Source: an uncultured Oscillospiraceae bacterium (GTDB taxonomy: Bacteria; Bacillota; Clostridia; Oscillospirales; Oscillospiraceae). Taken from it: a stretch of 53,066 nucleotides of DNA. Under the pieces are notes generated by a model. That model was not told where the DNA came from. It did not search any database and saw only the letters and a list, made by a program, of their open reading frames with translations. Each line of letters begins with the position of its first letter. Positions within the stretch are counted from its first letter, which is position 1. Shown piece after piece: positions 30,708-39,037 of the stretch. Position numbers and translations under genes: made by a program. The DNA lies in contig CAKUEI010000001.1 in the NCBI GenBank assembly GCA_934646175.1, forward strand, positions 1 to 53,066. The letters run 5' to 3'.

Positions 30708-30744
30708 AAAAAAAGAAGACACGACAAACATCGTGTCTTCTTTT
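30708..30744 (-). terminator. Rho-independent terminator directly after tRNA-Pro
   Basis: 13-bp stem aaagaagacacga / tcgtgtcttcttt, loop caaaca, and a T-run on the minus strand. Confidence 0.85.
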
Positions 30745-30821
30745 TGGTCCGAGTGACAGGACTTGAACCTGCGGCCCCTTGACCCCCAGTCAAGTGCGAT
30801 ACCAAACTTCGCCACACCCGG
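30745..30821 (-). tRNA. tRNA-Pro (anticodon GGG), CCA encoded
   Basis: Manual cloverleaf. Acceptor CCGGGTG/CACTCGG has one G:U pair. D stem is GCGA/TCGC. Anticodon stem is CTTGA/TCAAG with loop CT-GGG-GG. T arm is GCAGG-TTCAAGT-CCTGT. Discriminator is A, followed by CCA. Confidence 0.92.
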
Positions 30822-30853
30822 ATATTAAGCATCCCCCGCAAGGGACGCTTAAT

Positions 30854-30882
30854 ATATTAGCACAAAGAAATGAAACTTGCAA
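30854..30882 (-). promoter_or_regulatory. Candidate promoter of tRNA-Pro
   Basis: Minus strand reads TTGCAA-17 nt-TAATAT. It is followed by the leader hairpin ttaagc..gcttaa. Confidence 0.6.
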
Positions 30883-30908
30883 GAGGAAAATGAAAAAAAC
30901 TGAAAAAA

Positions 30909-31862
30909 TTACAGCTTCTTTGCCGCTTCGTCGGCCAGAGCCTGATACTGGGCGGCTTCTGCATCCTTGCCGGCTTTGGCAAGTGCGGCGCTGCAATTGC
31001 GGCAGCAGGCGATGTAATCCTTATTTTCACCGAAGATCATCTTGGTCTTCTCGGCGGCCTGCTGGAACAGCTCCGCAGCCTGAGCGTAATCGCCGGACAG
31101 GAAGCAATAGGTGGCCTTGGTGTTCAGGGCACCGGCGTAGTGGGGGTTCATTCCGGCGTCCAGCGCGCGGAAAATGTCCAGAGACTCAGAGATGGACTCA
31201 TCGGCCTTCTCCTGATTACCAGTGCGGTAATAGGCGAGGGAGAGGTTGGAGAGGGCAGTGGCCAGTTCCGCCTCGTTGTCCTGCACCTTGCGGGTGTAGT
31301 CCAAGGCGCGCTCGAAATACTCCAGCGCCTTCTGCAGGTCGTTCTGGTCCTGATAGACAAGGCCGGTGTTGTTGTAAAGGCTGGCCCAGTCATAGTCGTT
31401 GGCGCAGTTGATCTCTTTCAGAATGGAGTCGGCCTTGCTGAATAGCTCCAGCGCCTTGTCGAACTTGCCCACCAAGCGGTAAGCACCGGCCATGTTGATG
31501 ACGGCTACGGCGTACTGCTCGCTGTGCTCTAAGCCGGAGAACTCCATTTCCGCCATCAGCTCACGGAAGGTGTCAATGCACGGCTCCCACTTGCTGATGC
31601 CGCGGTAGAAGCAGGCCATTTCGTTCAGAATGGCGATACGGGCCTCGCTGCGCTGACAGATGATGGCCTTTTCCTCGTCGGTCAACTCCACCTCTTTGCC
31701 GGCGTTGCAGCTGGGGCAGGAACTGGTGACGCCAAGGATCATGCCCATGTTGTCCACCTTTTCCAGCTCGTCCTTCAGGAATTTTTCGGTGGCATCGTTA
31801 TCATACCCGGCAAAATACTTGTCCAGCTCATTATAAAAGTCTTGTACGTTAAATGCGTCCAT
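30909..31862 (-). CDS. Tetratricopeptide repeat protein with an N-terminal CxxC-containing region
   Basis: Start at ATG 31862 (MDAFNVQDFYNELDKY) after GAGGAGG. It carries repeated A-x-x-Y/F-x-x-A-L TPR-like helices (e.g. ALEYFERALDY, LSNLSLAYYRTGN). 317 aa. Confidence 0.8.
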   Translation of the reverse strand: MDAFNVQDFYNELDKYFAGYDNDATEKFLKDELEKVDNMGMILGVTSSCPSCNAGKEVELTDEEKAIICQRSEARIAILNEMACFYRGISKWEPCIDTFRELMAEMEFSGLEHSEQYAVAVINMAGAYRLVGKFDKALELFSKADSILKEINCANDYDWASLYNNTGLVYQDQNDLQKALEYFERALDYTRKVQDNEAELATALSNLSLAYYRTGNQEKADESISESLDIFRALDAGMNPHYAGALNTKATYCFLSGDYAQAAELFQQAAEKTKMIFGENKDYIACCRNCSAALAKAGKDAEAAQYQALADEAAKKL

Positions 31863-31902
31863 GATAGTGTCCTCCTCACATCTAATAGGAATCATTACCA
31901 TT

Positions 31903-31931
31903 ATTATAGCTTCCATTTTGCTGCTTGTCAA
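31903..31931 (-). promoter_or_regulatory. Consensus sigma-70 promoter of the TPR gene
   Basis: Minus strand reads TTGACA-17 nt-TATAAT. Confidence 0.75.
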
Positions 31932-31947
31932 TAGGAAAGCGCGGCTG

Positions 31948-31976
31948 TTGACAGAATAAAAGAGAACTGCTAAACT
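31948..31976 (+). promoter_or_regulatory. Promoter of the DUF4037-like/DUF4125-like gene pair
   Basis: TTGACA (31948-31953), 17-nt spacer, TAAACT (31971-31976). Confidence 0.7.
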
Positions 31977-32008
31977 GCACTTGAAAAGTAAAAAAAGGCG
32001 GTGACGAA

Positions 32009-32932
32009 ATGAAAGGTCTGGAGCTTGCACGCGCTTATTTTGAAGAGATGGCGCTTCCTCAGCTGGAACAGCGCTTTCCCGATTATCTGCCCCGCATGGC
32101 GGCGGGACTGGTAGGGGAAGGGTCCGAGTGCTTTGGGTTTGACGACGACATTTCCCGCGACCATGATTGGGGTCCGGGTTTCTGCATCTGGCTTACCAAA
32201 GAGGACTACCAGGCTTTCGGCGGTGTGCTGCAGGCCTGGTATGAAATGCTGCCCCGGTCCTTCGGCGGGTACGGCCCCCGCAGCCAGAGCCCCCAGGGGG
32301 ACGGGCGGGTAGGCGTATTCCCCGTGGGCGGGTTTTACGCCCGGTTCACCGGACTGGAGCGGGCACCCCAGACCCTGCGGGAATGGCGCGCCCTTCCGGA
32401 AAGTTATCTGGCCACGGTGACCAACGGCGCCGTGTTCCGCGACCCGGTGGGGGAGTTTTCCGCTATCCGCAAGGCCATTCTGGACTTTTATCCGGAGGAC
32501 TACTGCCTGAAAAAGATGGTCGCCCGGGCGGCCATCATGGCCCAGTCGGGCCAGTATAATTTTTCCCGTACCTTAAAGCACGGGGAAACGGTGGCGGCGC
32601 AGCTTGCCCTCAGCGAATTCATCAAGACCGGCATGTCCATGATCTATCTCATGAACAAGCGCTACATGCCCTATTATAAGTGGTCCCACCGGGGGCTGAA
32701 AGACCTTCCGGTCTTGGGCAGCACCGCACCGCTGTTTACACGCCTTGCCTCCGATGAGAGCGCTGCCGGGAAGCAGGAGACAGTGGAGGAGATCTGTGCC
32801 CGGGTGATCGAGGAACTGCGCCGCCGGGGACTGACCGGCAGCACCAGCGATTTTCTGCTGGACCACTGCCCGGAGATGATGGGGCATATTCAGGACCCGG
32901 AGATCCGCCGGATGCACATCATGGCGGAATAA
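32009..32932 (+). CDS. Nucleotidyltransferase-fold protein of unknown function (DUF4037-like)
   Basis: 307 aa. Pol-beta-type NTase signature GEGSECFGFDDDISRDHD near the N-terminus. The family assignment comes from recollection of sequence style, not from a search. Confidence 0.6.
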   Translation: MKGLELARAYFEEMALPQLEQRFPDYLPRMAAGLVGEGSECFGFDDDISRDHDWGPGFCIWLTKEDYQAFGGVLQAWYEMLPRSFGGYGPRSQSPQGDGRVGVFPVGGFYARFTGLERAPQTLREWRALPESYLATVTNGAVFRDPVGEFSAIRKAILDFYPEDYCLKKMVARAAIMAQSGQYNFSRTLKHGETVAAQLALSEFIKTGMSMIYLMNKRYMPYYKWSHRGLKDLPVLGSTAPLFTRLASDESAAGKQETVEEICARVIEELRRRGLTGSTSDFLLDHCPEMMGHIQDPEIRRMHIMAE

Positions 32933-32962
32933 GAAGCAAAATAAGGAAAGGATGAGTGTGTA

Positions 32963-33580
32963 ATGGACGAAAAGCAGAAAGAATTGATCGATCATATCGT
33001 GAAGACCGAGTGGGAGATGTTCCAGAAGGTTCAGAATCAGGGCGGCCGCGCCTCCTGCCAGAACGACTGGATCACCTTCGAGATCATGCGGAAGAGCCAG
33101 TTCTATGCCTGGAATGCCTATACCTGCATGTCCTACATGAGCGACCTTCTGAATGCCGAGGGTGCGGGGCGCAATCTGCCCATGGAGAAATACGCCCGCA
33201 TGATGCAGTATACCGCGCCGCAGGAATACGAGGAGATCAAGGATTCCCTGCCGGAACTTCCCGCCGAACAGTTGGAGATGATCGACCGCATCGTGGAGAT
33301 CCACGTGGAGTGGGAAAAGGAATTTGCCCGAAAGGCCCCCAAGCTGGTGCAGGCCGGACGGCCCATCACCAAGGAGGAGGAGCGGCCCGGCGTCACCTCG
33401 GCGGAGACTTATCTCCGCGGTGAATTGCAGACCTATTCGCTGGAGACCGTGGGCTGCTACATGCAGTACATTCTGGAGCTGAAGCAGGAAGGAAAAAACA
33501 TCTGCGAGATGATTATGGAGAACACCGTCAAGATGTACGGCTATGAATCCGTAGCCCAGTACGAACAGCTGGTAAAATGA
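32963..33580 (+). CDS. Helical protein of unknown function (DUF4125-like)
   Basis: 205 aa, co-oriented and 30 nt downstream of the NTase-like gene. RBS is aaggaaagga. Conserved-looking GGRASCQNDW block. Confidence 0.55.
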   Translation: MDEKQKELIDHIVKTEWEMFQKVQNQGGRASCQNDWITFEIMRKSQFYAWNAYTCMSYMSDLLNAEGAGRNLPMEKYARMMQYTAPQEYEEIKDSLPELPAEQLEMIDRIVEIHVEWEKEFARKAPKLVQAGRPITKEEERPGVTSAETYLRGELQTYSLETVGCYMQYILELKQEGKNICEMIMENTVKMYGYESVAQYEQLVK

Positions 33581-33583
33581 GAA

Positions 33584-33620
33584 AAAAGAGAGCGCTGCCC
33601 GTGGGCGGCGCTCTCTTTTT
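33584..33620. terminator. Bidirectional rho-independent terminator
   Basis: aaaagagagcgc / gcgctctctttt with an inner gccc/gggc pairing and A/T runs on both sides. Confidence 0.85.
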
Positions 33621-33621
33621 G

Positions 33622-33789
33622 TCAGAACCCCAGGCTGTCCGCCAGGTCCTCCATGGCGCAGGTGGCGCTGTGCATGGCCTTTTCCGCCGCCCGGCAGATC
33701 TTCTTTTTCTTCGGGGCCAGCATCATACCGGCTGCCGCCCCTGCCATGACCCCCAGACTCATCCCGAGCAGAAAATGAGAATTACACAT
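33622..33789 (-). CDS. Small membrane-anchored protein (55 aa), function unknown
   Basis: ATG 33789 follows GGAGG. There is one Gly/Ala/Met-rich helix (LLGMSLGVMAGAAAGMMLAP), then KKKK. The longer ORF-track start at 33915 lacks an RBS. Confidence 0.5.
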   Translation of the reverse strand: MCNSHFLLGMSLGVMAGAAAGMMLAPKKKKICRAAEKAMHSATCAMEDLADSLGF

Positions 33790-33862
33790 GGAATTTGCCT
33801 CCTTCCAACATGATGCGGCGCTGCCGCTGTGTTTATTCTGCCCCGAAATTGGGAAAAAGCCG

Positions 33863-33891
33863 TTGCTAAAAATTGCGTATTCCATTATAAT
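33863..33891 (+). promoter_or_regulatory. Candidate promoter of the pyr operon
   Basis: TTGCTA (33863-33868), 17-nt spacer, TATAAT (33886-33891). Confidence 0.65.
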
Positions 33892-33956
33892 AAATTTTGT
33901 GTGCTTCCGTTCCAATCACGGTTTTGAGAGGAAAATGAAAAAAGGAGCAGAGTGCT

Positions 33957-35234
33957 TTGAAACGACTCATTCGGCAGGGCCGTCTGGTAGACCCGGTCAC
34001 GGGCATCGGCGGCGTAATGGATATTCTGATCGAAGACGGTGTGATCGCCGCCATGGCAAGCAGCCTTTCGTGCGAGGCGGACGAGATCATCCCCGCGGAG
34101 GGGCTGGTGGTCTCATCCGGGCTTGTGGACATGCATGTGCATCTGCGGGAACCGGGCTTTGAGTATAAGGAAACCATTGAGACCGGCTGCGCCGCCGCCG
34201 CAAGGGGCGGCTTTACCTCCATTGCCTGTATGCCCAATACCAATCCCGTGCTGGACAGCCCCCAGATGCTCACATTTGTTCAGCAGCGCGCAGCGGAGGC
34301 GTGCGGCGTCCGCGTCTGGCCTATTGGCGCGGTCAGCGTGGGCGAGCGGGGGGAGCAGCTCACGGATTTTGAAGAGCTGAAGCGTGCCGGGGCCGTGGCC
34401 TTTTCCGATGACGGCCGCCCGGTACAGAACGCAAACCTCATGCGGGATGCGCTGATCTTGGGCAAACGGCACCAGCGCGTCATTCTCTCCCACTGTGAGG
34501 ACCTTGACATGGTGGGCAACCGCGCCGTAAATGAAGGGCGCATCTCCCGCCGACTGCGCATCGACGGCCGCCCCGCCATTGCGGAGGAACTGCAGGTCAT
34601 GCGGGAGGCCATGCTGGCGGAAGAGACGGAAAGCGCGGTACATATCTGCCATGTGTCTACTGCGCGTTCGGTGGCCATTATCCGGCGGTTCAAGAAAAAG
34701 GGCGTCGCCATCACGTGCGAGACCTGTCCTCAGTATTTTACCCTGACTGAGGAGGAAATCCTGGAGCAGGGCACCATGGCCCGGGTCAATCCGCCCCTGC
34801 GCACGCAGGAGGACGTGGAGGGCATTTTGGCCGGTTTGAAAGACGGCACTATTGATGCCATCGCCACCGATCACGCCCCCCATTCCGCAGAGGAAAAGGC
34901 TAAACCCCTGACCGAGGCACCCAGTGGTATGGTGGGACTGGAGACCGCCCTTGCCATCACCCTTACGGAGCTTTATCACTCTGGGCGCATGGAGCTTGCG
35001 GATATTTTGCGGAAAATGACCTTTAACCCCTCCTGCATCCTGGGGATCAACAAGGGCCGCGTCGCCATTGGCGGCAGCGCTGACCTTACGCTGTTCGACC
35101 CGGACGAGGAATGGGTGATCGATCCGCAGCAGTTTGCCTCCAAGGGGAGGAATACGCCCTTCGCCGGTCGGCGCGTGAAAGGAAAAGTAAAATACACCAT
35201 CGTAAACGGAAATATGATCTATCAGGAGGTATGA
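33957..35234 (+). CDS. pyrC: Dihydroorotase
   Basis: TTG start 9 nt after AAAGGAG. The metal-binding motif DMHVHLREPG is present. 425 aa. Confidence 0.93.
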   Translation: MKRLIRQGRLVDPVTGIGGVMDILIEDGVIAAMASSLSCEADEIIPAEGLVVSSGLVDMHVHLREPGFEYKETIETGCAAAARGGFTSIACMPNTNPVLDSPQMLTFVQQRAAEACGVRVWPIGAVSVGERGEQLTDFEELKRAGAVAFSDDGRPVQNANLMRDALILGKRHQRVILSHCEDLDMVGNRAVNEGRISRRLRIDGRPAIAEELQVMREAMLAEETESAVHICHVSTARSVAIIRRFKKKGVAITCETCPQYFTLTEEEILEQGTMARVNPPLRTQEDVEGILAGLKDGTIDAIATDHAPHSAEEKAKPLTEAPSGMVGLETALAITLTELYHSGRMELADILRKMTFNPSCILGINKGRVAIGGSADLTLFDPDEEWVIDPQQFASKGRNTPFAGRRVKGKVKYTIVNGNMIYQEV

Positions 35235-35237
35235 CCC

Positions 35238-36164
35238 GTGTCCTTTGATGTCCTACAGGAGAAGATTTGTAAAATGAAAAACCCCACCGTGGCCGGACTG
35301 GACGCCCGGTGGAGCCATATCCCGCCCCATATCCAAAGCGAGACCATCGCCCAGTACGGACAGACCCGCCGAGCCGCGGCGGAGGCCGTCTGGCAGTTCA
35401 ATCGCGGCCTGATGGACGCCCTGTGCGACATCGTCCCCGCGGTGAAGCCCCAGAGCGCTTATTACGAGGCCCTGGGCTGGGAGGGCATGGAGGTGCTGGA
35501 ACGCACCATTCAGTATGCCAAGGAGAAGGGCTTTTTCGTCATTGCGGACATTAAGCGCGGCGACATCGGCTCCACCGCCGCTGCCTACGCCGACGGCTGG
35601 CTGGGCGGCACGAAGGTGGGCTCTGCCTTCGTGCCCGGTTTCGGCGCGGACTGCGTCACGGTAAACGGTTACATGGGCTCCGACGCCATCAACCCCTTCC
35701 TGGAGCAGTGCAAGGCGGAGGACAAGTGCATTTTTGTTCTGGTCAAGACCTCCAACCCCTCTTCCGGCGAGCTGCAGGACATGGTGGCTGGGGACCGGGT
35801 GGTCTATAAGGTCATGGGCGACCTGACCGAGCGCCTCGGCAAGGGGACGGAAGGCCCCAAGTACGGCTTTACCACCGCCGGGGCTGTGGTGGGCGCCACG
35901 TATCCCGCCGAGCTGAAGGAGCTGCGCCGCCGTATGGAGCACACCTTCTTCTTGGTGCCCGGTTACGGGGCACAGGGTGGTACGGCGGAGGATGTGCGGT
36001 ACGCTTTCAATGAATTTGGCCGCGGCGCGGTGATCAATTCCTCCCGCGGTATTTTCTATGCCTGGAGCAAGACCAACAAGGACGGCCTTGACTATCAGGA
36101 GGCTGCGCGGCTTGCGGCGGAGCATATGCGGGACGACATCAAGCAGTATGTCACCACTCTTTAA
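35238..36164 (+). CDS. pyrF: Orotidine 5'-phosphate decarboxylase (long, type 2 form)
   Basis: GTG start 8 nt after AGGAGG. Motifs VAGLD and ADIKRGDIGST. 308 aa. Confidence 0.9.
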   Translation: MSFDVLQEKICKMKNPTVAGLDARWSHIPPHIQSETIAQYGQTRRAAAEAVWQFNRGLMDALCDIVPAVKPQSAYYEALGWEGMEVLERTIQYAKEKGFFVIADIKRGDIGSTAAAYADGWLGGTKVGSAFVPGFGADCVTVNGYMGSDAINPFLEQCKAEDKCIFVLVKTSNPSSGELQDMVAGDRVVYKVMGDLTERLGKGTEGPKYGFTTAGAVVGATYPAELKELRRRMEHTFFLVPGYGAQGGTAEDVRYAFNEFGRGAVINSSRGIFYAWSKTNKDGLDYQEAARLAAEHMRDDIKQYVTTL

Positions 36165-36191
36165 GCAGTAATTCGTAAGGGAGTTTTTACT

Positions 36192-36959
36192 ATGCCAATG
36201 CAGCATGGCTGCACTATTGTCAGTGTTTCCCGGCCCAACCCCTACGCCTTTGACATGACGCTGGAGGCGGGGGAGATGGCCCGTGCGGCCAGCCCCGGGC
36301 AGTTCGTCCATATCCGCTGCGGTGAAGGACTTCTCCTGCGCCGCCCCATTTCCATCTGCGATGCACAGGGGGACCTGCTGCGCGTGGTCTTCGAGGTGCG
36401 GGGAGAGGGTACCCGCTGGCTTTCCAAGCGGAAAACAGGAGAAACGCTGGATGTTCTCGGCCCCCTCGGGAACGGATTTTCGCCTGCGGGGAAGGACATT
36501 CTTCTGGTGGGCGGCGGCATCGGCGTGCCGCCCATGCTGGGGTGTGCCCGGGCCTATGAGGCTCAGGGGGCCCTGGTCCATGCCGTCCTCGGCTTCCGGG
36601 ACCGGGAGCATCTTCTGTTGGCGGAAGAGATGAAAGCATATTGTGAGGCCGTGGTCGTCACCACCGATGACGGCAGCTTCGGCATTCACGGATATGTGGA
36701 CGGGCAGGTGCGCGCCCTGCTGGAACAGGGTACGCCGGTGAGCGACATCCTTGCCTGCGGGCCGAAGCCCATGCTGCGCTCGGTGTACCGGGCGGCGGCG
36801 GAATTCGGAGTTCCCTGTCAGGTCTCCATGGAAGAACGGATGGGCTGCGGTGTGGGCGCCTGTCTGGTCTGCGCCTGCGAGATGCAGGACGGCGTGAAAA
36901 AGCACGTCTGCAAGGATGGCCCGGTGTTCCGGGCGGAGGAGGTGAAGTGGGATGCCTGA
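36192..36959 (+). CDS. pyrK: Dihydroorotate dehydrogenase B electron-transfer subunit
   Basis: FAD/NAD-binding fold with RRPISI, and a C-terminal 2Fe-2S Cys cluster CGVGACLVCAC. Confidence 0.92.
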   Translation: MPMQHGCTIVSVSRPNPYAFDMTLEAGEMARAASPGQFVHIRCGEGLLLRRPISICDAQGDLLRVVFEVRGEGTRWLSKRKTGETLDVLGPLGNGFSPAGKDILLVGGGIGVPPMLGCARAYEAQGALVHAVLGFRDREHLLLAEEMKAYCEAVVVTTDDGSFGIHGYVDGQVRALLEQGTPVSDILACGPKPMLRSVYRAAAEFGVPCQVSMEERMGCGVGACLVCACEMQDGVKKHVCKDGPVFRAEEVKWDA

Positions 36960-37866
36960 TCTTTCCGTGAATCTGGCCGGCGTTACCCTGAAAAATCCTG
37001 TGGTGGTTGCCTCTGGTACCTTCGGCTTCGGCCGGGAGTACAGTCAGTTTTTCGATCTCTCCGAGCTGGGCGGCATTTGCGCCAAGGGTCTGACCCTGCA
37101 CCGCCGGGAGGGAAATCCCGCTCCCCGCATTGCGGAGACGCCCATGGGCATCCTCAATTCCGTTGGCTTACAGAACCCCGGTGTGGACGCGTTCATCGCG
37201 GAGGAGCTGCCCTTCCTGCGGCAGTATGACACCAAGGTGATCGCCAACATCTCCGGTAATACGCCGGAGGAGTATGGCGAAATGTGCGAAAAGCTGGACG
37301 ACGCCGGGGTGGACCTCATCGAGGTGAATATCTCCTGCCCCAATGTGAAGGCCGGGGGCCTTGCCTATGGCACGAAGCCGGAACTGGCCGCCGAGGTGAC
37401 GCAGATGGCGAAACGCCATGCGGGGAAGACCCCCGTGATGGTCAAGCTGTCCCCCAACGTGACCGACATCACCGAGATCGCCAAAGCGGTGGAGGGGGCT
37501 GGGGCGGATGCCCTGTCCCTCATCAACACCCTGCGGGGGATGCGCATCGATGTGAAAAGCCGCCGCCCTATTCTGAAAATGAATACCGGCGGATTGTCCG
37601 GCCCGGCGGTGCTGCCGGTGGCCATCCGCATGGTGTGGGAGGTGGCACAGGCCACTCGCCTGCCCATTCTCGGCATGGGAGGCGTTGCCAAGGGAGAGGA
37701 TGCGGCCCAGCTGATGCTGGCCGGGGCCAGCGCCGTGGCCGTGGGCACCGCGCTGTTTGCCGATCCGTTTGCCCCCATTCACGTGCGGGACGGCTTGGCT
37801 GAAATCATAAGAGAACAGGGGATTGACAAGGCATCTGACCTTACAGGAGCAGTCATTCCCTGGTGA
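36952..37866 (+). CDS. pyrD: Dihydroorotate dehydrogenase B catalytic subunit
   Basis: Overlaps the pyrK stop. NPVVVASGTFGFG, NISCPNVK and GGLSGPAV blocks are present. 304 aa. Confidence 0.95.
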   Translation: MPDLSVNLAGVTLKNPVVVASGTFGFGREYSQFFDLSELGGICAKGLTLHRREGNPAPRIAETPMGILNSVGLQNPGVDAFIAEELPFLRQYDTKVIANISGNTPEEYGEMCEKLDDAGVDLIEVNISCPNVKAGGLAYGTKPELAAEVTQMAKRHAGKTPVMVKLSPNVTDITEIAKAVEGAGADALSLINTLRGMRIDVKSRRPILKMNTGGLSGPAVLPVAIRMVWEVAQATRLPILGMGGVAKGEDAAQLMLAGASAVAVGTALFADPFAPIHVRDGLAEIIREQGIDKASDLTGAVIPW

Positions 37867-37882
37867 GGAGCGAAAGGGAAAC

Positions 37883-39037
37883 ATGACCCGGATCTATCTT
37901 GTGCGCCATGCCGAGGCAGAGGGCAACCTCTACCGCCGGGTGCATGGCTGGTATAACAGTCTCATTACGGAAAACGGATACGAGCAGATCAAGGCGCTGG
38001 AAAAGCGCTTTGCGGATATTCCGGTGGATGCGGTGTATTCCAGCGATCTGTTCCGCACCATGACCACGGCGAAGGCCGTTTACGTGCCCAAGCATCTTTC
38101 ACTGCGGACGGACGCCCGCCTGCGGGAGATCAACCTCGGCACATGGGAGGACCGCACCTGGAGCGACGTGGCCCGCACCGACGGCGCCATGCTGGAAAAG
38201 TTCGGCACATCGTCCCCTGAATTCCGCGCCCCGGATGGGGAAAGCTTCGCGGAGCTGGGGGCGCGGACCCTTGCTGCCCTGCAGGAGATCGCCCGGGAAA
38301 ACGAGGGGAAGACCGTGGCCGTGTTCTCCCACGGCACCGCGATCCGCACCCTTCTTGCTGCCTGCCGCCATGCGACGCAGGAGGAGTTCGCCGCCATGGG
38401 GCACAGCGACAACACTGCGGTGTCCCTTCTAGAATGGGAAAACGGCAGATTTCGCGTGGCGTTTCAGAACGATAATTCCCACCTCACGCCGGATATCTCC
38501 ACCCTGGCTCGCCAGAGTTGGTGGCGAGAGCTGAAGAAAGGGGAGGCTCCCCGCCGGGACATCAATTTCTGGTTCCGCCCCCTTGATATGGAGCGGGAGG
38601 AGGAGCAGCAGCTCTACTCGGAAAGCCGCCGGGACGCCTGGATGGTCAGTCACGGCACCATGGCCCATTATCACGGGGATGCCTTCCTGCGGGACGCGGA
38701 ACGGCAGCTGGTTTTCTGTGCCATGGAGGGGGATACGCCCGCCGGCGTCCTTCAGCTGAACACCGCCTTCCGGGCGGAGGAAGGCATGGGCATGATCGCC
38801 TTTTACTACATGACGCCGGAGTACCGGCATAAGGGCCTTGGAATCCAGCTGCTGGGTCAGGCCGTATCGGTCTACCGCCCCATGGGCCGGGACAAACTCT
38901 TGCTGCGCTGCGCGCCGGAAAACGGCGTTGCCCAGCGTTTTTATAAAAAATACGGCTTTCACAAGGTGGGCGACGTGCCCGACAGTGAGGTGCCTCTGGA
39001 CTACATGGTGAAGAACATTGGCTACGGAGAAAACTGA
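37883..39037 (+). CDS. Fusion protein: histidine phosphatase (phosphoglycerate-mutase-like) N-domain and GNAT acetyltransferase C-domain
   Basis: ATG 37883 (MTRIYLVRHAEAEGN carries the RHG motif). A second catalytic His lies in FSHGTAIR. The C-terminal GNAT core is YRHKGLGIQLLGQAV...RFYKKYGF. Confidence 0.8.
   Translation: MTRIYLVRHAEAEGNLYRRVHGWYNSLITENGYEQIKALEKRFADIPVDAVYSSDLFRTMTTAKAVYVPKHLSLRTDARLREINLGTWEDRTWSDVARTDGAMLEKFGTSSPEFRAPDGESFAELGARTLAALQEIARENEGKTVAVFSHGTAIRTLLAACRHATQEEFAAMGHSDNTAVSLLEWENGRFRVAFQNDNSHLTPDISTLARQSWWRELKKGEAPRRDINFWFRPLDMEREEEQQLYSESRRDAWMVSHGTMAHYHGDAFLRDAERQLVFCAMEGDTPAGVLQLNTAFRAEEGMGMIAFYYMTPEYRHKGLGIQLLGQAVSVYRPMGRDKLLLRCAPENGVAQRFYKKYGFHKVGDVPDSEVPLDYMVKNIGYGEN

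Noticed and set aside
30393-30841. 129-aa plus-strand, 128-aa and 63-aa minus-strand ORFs overlapping tRNA-Pro and its terminator
   Set aside because: They run through a well-folded tRNA gene and its terminator hairpin, and their translations are low-complexity. They are not credible as genes.
33892-33956. PyrR-type attenuator in the pyr operon leader
   Set aside because: UUUGAGAGGAAA only partly resembles the PyrR binding loop (UCCAGAGAGG). The only nearby hairpin (CCGT/ACGG plus TTTT) has 4 bp, and no pyrR gene is in the window. The evidence is insufficient.
35253-36905. 550-aa minus-strand ORF spanning pyrF and pyrK. Similar long antisense ORFs occur at 39246-40814 (ygiQ), 4563-5966 (rodA/PBP), 45852-46922 (pepP), 34113-34979 (pyrC) and 42850-43737.
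   Set aside because: All lie opposite genes with strong family motifs. All have Gly/Ala/Arg/His/Pro-rich low-complexity translations and cross real gene boundaries without regard to operon structure.
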